From: Mytilus californianus
Lineage: Eukaryota
Length of the DNA: 64,000 nt
Direction of reading: 5' to 3'
NCBI RefSeq assembly: GCF_021869535.1
Contig: NW_026262712.1
Location: 92,752,001 to 92,816,000 of the forward strand
The notes beneath the pieces were generated by a model. It saw only the letters and a list, made by a program, of their open reading frames with translations. It made no database searches and had not been told where the DNA came from. The translations under genes were made by a program, and so were the position numbers. Shown here piece after piece: positions 61,101 to 64,000 of the stretch (its first letter is position 1; the number at the start of each line of letters is the position of its first letter).

Positions 61101-62365
61101 GAAAGAGAAAAACTTTGATAAAAAAGATAACAAAATGGCGGATATTGTTTGGCGTGATGGCCAACAAGTTCAGAATTATTTGAATGATAATGACGTGACA
61201 GTCCCGGCCGTTTGAAGGATTTGGACGAAAGCAGAAGATATGATAGATGGAAATAGAAATATCCTAGCAAATCTGCCAACAGAAGACTTTTCATGTAAGA
61301 ACCACAGGGATTTCCCAGACGATGTACGAAACGGATGGACATGAGACAGGATTGTGATGTTTATCATTCTGACGTTCAACTGTGAAACAAAATTGATCAT
61401 CGAAATCGATAGTTCCGAACTTTTCGTTTGTTTTAGATTATTTATTGACGAAACCTTTATCAATGAACCTGTTGGTTAAACTTAATTGTACATAGAAGTA
61501 AACGTCGACATGATTAAAAATTTATTCAACAATACACAAAAGTACAATAGAAATGAATGCAGCAGTCTAAGGGTTAAGGTTTATATTCTTATATCTGAAC
61601 TGGAATCAAACTTACAACTGTGTAGAAAAACAAATGCCTTTATACAATTTGAAGTTTTGGATTGTTAACTGCTTTACTGTTTTACTTCCAATTAAAACAT
61701 GACCAGCTTGCTTCCCATTCAGCTTTTTTGTAAATAGCAATTTGTGCGGTCAATTGTTTTACCAGAGTTACACCCATTTATTAGTGAGAAAAATATTGGT
61801 TGTGATTTTTTTACCATCAGATATCTTTCAGTTTATTTTAGATTGGCTCAAACATGTCAAACATAATAAACTTACTTTTTAATATTGCTTAATGTACATG
61901 TGTTACAGAGGAAAAACAACCTGTAAGATTTGTAATTCATGTTTAAAAATTTGGTAAGATGATTTGGTAAAATATACTGCTAAATTATTTATTTCCATTG
62001 ATCTCAATTTTAGTGGAAAGAGAGAGAGGAAAAATTGTACATTCCTTGGTTATTGACTTCCTGGTTTTGACAGTTTCTGCATACAAGCTGATATTAAATT
62101 TGTATACTTTGTTCAACACTTGCTATTGTGATTCATTTATACCAAAGAAATCCATGAAAACTCTGTGCATGATGCAGCATCATGTTGTATTATTTGTTTT
62201 TAATAAAGAAACTTTCATGTAAATATTTCATAAATATTTCAGAAATGGAAGAAGAACAAAGAAGATGAACAAAAGGCAAAATTAGCAGAAAGTGGACGTT
62301 ATAAAAGTTACAGAAGATATATGAAGTCGGGTGGTCCTGGTCAGATGACCTTTGGCCCAGAATGA
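46014..62365 (+). CDS. DNAJC25: DnaJ homolog subfamily C member 25 (ER J-domain co-chaperone), spliced, 11 coding exons, 337 aa
   Basis: Exons 46014-46119, 47758-47786, 51572-51637, 53443-53496, 54569-54623, 55097-55203, 56919-57065, 58016-58080, 59157-59352, 60006-60071, 62243-62365. All have GT-AG borders and compatible phases, totalling 1014 nt. Translation: signal-like MANRFAFLLILSV..., GLYCGLDNCYEILGVTRDATK, J-domain YRKLARKWHPD...FREIGNAYEILKDEDQRSDYDYMLDHP, YYKRRYAPKVDPRIVIGVTITVISFIQY, GGYGKPTVYDILWVQ, C-terminal GRYKSYRRYMKSGGPGQMTF. These motifs match DNAJC25 as I recall it. Confidence 0.93.
46808..47060 (+). mobile_element. Short copy of the 31088/58615 family
   Basis: ctagtggtaggtcaatgatatttggtatgcagttgtatta...ggcgagacgtatctctgtg. 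Confidence 0.75.
47132..47272 (+). repeat. Intact copy of the small repeat interrupted by the MULE
   Basis: gccactagtc...ggaatattggtctttggactagtag...agattttggtgcagactg equals 41743-41839 joined to 45346-45386. Confidence 0.85.
47758..47786 (+). CDS. DNAJC25: DNAJC25 exon 2 (29-nt micro-exon)
   Basis: tttttag|TT TTG GGT GTC ACA AGA GAT GCT ACC AAG|gtagg = (I)LGVTRDATK; resolves the phase between exons 1 and 3. Confidence 0.88.
47845..48215 (-). repeat. Dispersed repeat (aagatgtggtatgattgccaatgagacaac family)
   Basis: Reverse-orientation relative of 20975 and 41400. Confidence 0.75.
48858..49470. repeat. ~325-bp imperfect tandem duplication
   Basis: ttgcttgaaacaaat(a/t)aaagatttaaaagc at about 48865 and 49189, with colinear continuation. 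Confidence 0.8.
51572..51637 (+). CDS. DNAJC25: DNAJC25 exon 3 (J-domain HPD motif)
   Basis: TEITKGYRKLARKWHPDMHKTE with ag|...|gtaagt borders. Confidence 0.92.
51934..52700. repeat. ~190-bp tandem repeat, 4 copies, in DNAJC25 intron 3
   Basis: gaagataatgtaatgcaactaacaattaat recurs at 51934, 52126, 52317 and 52507. Confidence 0.92.
53443..53496 (+). CDS. DNAJC25: DNAJC25 exon 4
   Basis: KKKEEATEKFREIGNAYE|gtaagt. Confidence 0.9.
54569..54623 (+). CDS. DNAJC25: DNAJC25 exon 5
   Basis: ILKDEDQRSDYDYMLDHP, then G|gtaaat. Confidence 0.9.
55097..55203 (+). CDS. DNAJC25: DNAJC25 exon 6
   Basis: (D)EFFANYYNYYKRRYAPKVDPRIVIGVTITVISFIQ|gtaag. Confidence 0.92.
55215..55530 (+). mobile_element. Degenerate HINE-type element
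   Basis: gggatatgttggattcaccttgtctgtccatccgttcattcgtcc head with GTCC-type microsatellite. Confidence 0.5.
56057..56640. mobile_element. MITE with CAGGG termini (hAT-like), containing the 56119 element
   Basis: TIR cagggttctcacttagg / cttagtgtgaaccctg; flanks ccaatc / ctaatc. Confidence 0.6.
56119..56390 (+). mobile_element. Same family as 25882, inverted, nested in a CAGGG-terminus MITE
   Basis: tttttatgcccccgccgtagtggaggggggcattaagttttacccttgtccgtcc. Confidence 0.8.
56919..57065 (+). CDS. DNAJC25: DNAJC25 exon 7
   Basis: YWGAWNNYNSALDYACKEAKYRHRAMDIAQSEGLVTGGKNNRKKDKRSK|gtaat. Confidence 0.9.
58016..58080 (+). CDS. DNAJC25: DNAJC25 exon 8
   Basis: EEIKSEEEAVIRKVIEDKIHI, then CA|gtaag. 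Confidence 0.9.
58255..58556 (-). repeat. Dispersed repeat, inverted copy of 34800
   Basis: taaaattgagaatggaaatggggaatgtg...gcggggttaaacatgttttgtgagatctc. Confidence 0.85.
58615..59097 (+). mobile_element. Same family as 31088, inverted, with fewer core repeats
   Basis: tttttgtctcgccttgacggagtcaaaaagcgagacataggtatgctg is the near-exact reverse complement of 32020-32070. Confidence 0.85.
59157..59352 (+). CDS. DNAJC25: DNAJC25 exon 9
   Basis: (H)GGYGKPTVYDILWVQIVFLPYYLLQYICWWCRWIWKFTICRNEYGEEEKLHLIRKFMKLATAQFD|gtaagt. Confidence 0.92.
60006..60071 (+). CDS. DNAJC25: DNAJC25 exon 10
   Basis: ALEDHEREEFLRKELWKKDNFT|gtaagt. Confidence 0.9.
62243..62365 (+). CDS. DNAJC25: DNAJC25 exon 11 (terminal)
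   Basis: KWKKNKEDEQKAKLAESGRYKSYRRYMKSGGPGQMTFGPE*. Confidence 0.92.
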   Translation, partial: KWKKNKEDEQKAKLAESGRYKSYRRYMKSGGPGQMTFGPE

Positions 62366-64000
62366 TATCAAAGATCTGAATAGCATAGTTTTTTTTTATT
62401 TATTCTATTGGTGCAGAAGTTTATGTTCTTTTAAGCAAGTAAAGTTGCAATATTTAAGTCACCTTACAATCAGGCAAAAACAATTGTAATATATCACTTG
62501 GAAGGTACTACTGCATCTTTCTTTTGTGAAGTAAGTAAGGCCCCATTTTGACCCTTTCAAAAACTTGAAGAAGAAAAAAAAAATTTTAATACCAGCTTTT
62601 CTATTTAGAATATCATATACAATTTGCATTCTGTAACCAGCAAATATTGACCACAATGAGAGTCCTTACATAAAAATTTCTCTCATAGAAGTATCAAGAT
62701 TTTTTTTTAAAGGAACCTTTTTTAATTGTGCAAACAATTTTCAGTCATTATCTTAATTCTTTGACACTAAAACATATTAATTTTTGGTTTTCATTAAAAG
62801 CCAGTCAGTATTGTCAATTACAGCCAGTGTGATACAGATTCACTGATAGGAATTTCTTCAAGTTTAGGAATAAACAAAAAACCTTGCAGTGATTATTTTA
62901 AAATGAGTCCATATTTCTGTTTTAGCTATTAAAAATCTCAGTTGAATTATATACTCATAATTGCCTGATTGTAGGGAGCTATCTTAGTAGAATCAAACAG
63001 AGTAGGTTAAATGTTTATTTGTGAATTTTAAGAGGATGTTGGTATTTTTGTATTATTTTAAATGTGGGTGAAAGTTTATTAATTTGTATTAGATGAGTTA
63101 GATTACATTAAAAAATAGAATTACATCATTTCACTGTGACATTAACTAAATTGTAAGTTAAAGGCTATTTTAGCATTTTTAGAGAGTAATATTATAAATT
63201 CAGAAATTATTGCATGCATTTTTTTTGCAATTTTTGAAGAATGGACGAAGATTTATTATTGTGATATAAGGAAAATCTGCATACATAAATATGTATCAAA
63301 AATCAGAATGCTAGTTCTTATTTTTGTGATACTCGCCCTGTTGTATTATTCGCATTAATAAAAACATTGCAATAACTTTGGAATTTATAGGTACAATTAT
63401 TCAGAAGTCATATTTATAACAATTGTTTGATTAACTTGTTCCATTTTTCCCCTTTTTATTATGTGCAATGTTTTACAGTTTTTATCAGTGAATTTTGACT
63501 GTTTAATTTGAAATATTTTCTGAGTTAAACATATTTGTTATATCATGTTATTTTGTCTGAAAGTTGCTGCAAATGGTTAGGTTGTTTTTGAAAAATTTTG
63601 TTTAATGTTGCTACTGAATATAGTATATGTTTATTGAAAGCAGTCATTCCCATTGCAATAGTTTCTATATAACTTCATACATATCAATGTATTCAATTAA
63701 ACAAAAATATTTTGAAGTTATTTCTTATGTGACTTTAATTTTATATTTACCATTTAACTAAAAATTATTTGTTTTTTAGAAATTGTTATTTTTTTTTTGT
63801 AATTTTAGTTTTCAAGAATTTGGCATCAATTTTCAAGTTCGAATATTTGTGTATAGATTTAGTTAGTTATGCTGTCAATATTTGGAATTTATGTTTATCT
63901 GATGAATCCAAAGACATTTAAATTTTAAAAAATGAAAATTACAAAAAGAAACTACAAACATTCTGCATTGTATAATGATTTTTTTTCCTCAAAAGCAGAT

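Overview
AT-rich, intron-rich eukaryotic DNA, not prokaryotic. The repeat families (ggcaatcataccaca repeats, pearl/HINE-type elements, mollusc-type SINEs, Penelope-like elements) point to a bivalve, probably a Mytilus mussel (inference). By manual splice-site and phase reconstruction I find two divergent host genes. (1) DNAJC25 on +, 11 coding exons at 46014-62365, a complete 337-aa ORF. (2) A roughly 900-aa minus-strand gene at 38561-18068: five N-terminal ankyrin repeats, a long Ser/Lys-rich disordered exon and a C-terminal coiled coil. Its ankyrin block resembles the fungal Swi6/Cdc10/Mbp1 type, and this is the best candidate for something unusual. Between the genes lies an internally deleted, spliced PHD-finger Mutator (MULE) transposon with TIRs and a 9-bp TSD (41840-45336). 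The rest is mobile-element debris: two Penelope-like RT remnants, tRNA-derived SINEs, several MITEs, many Helentron-type non-autonomous elements carrying internal satellite arrays, tandem repeats, and a 274-nt assembly gap. No CRISPR, rRNA or bona fide tRNA was found. No database searches were run; family names rest on motif recognition.
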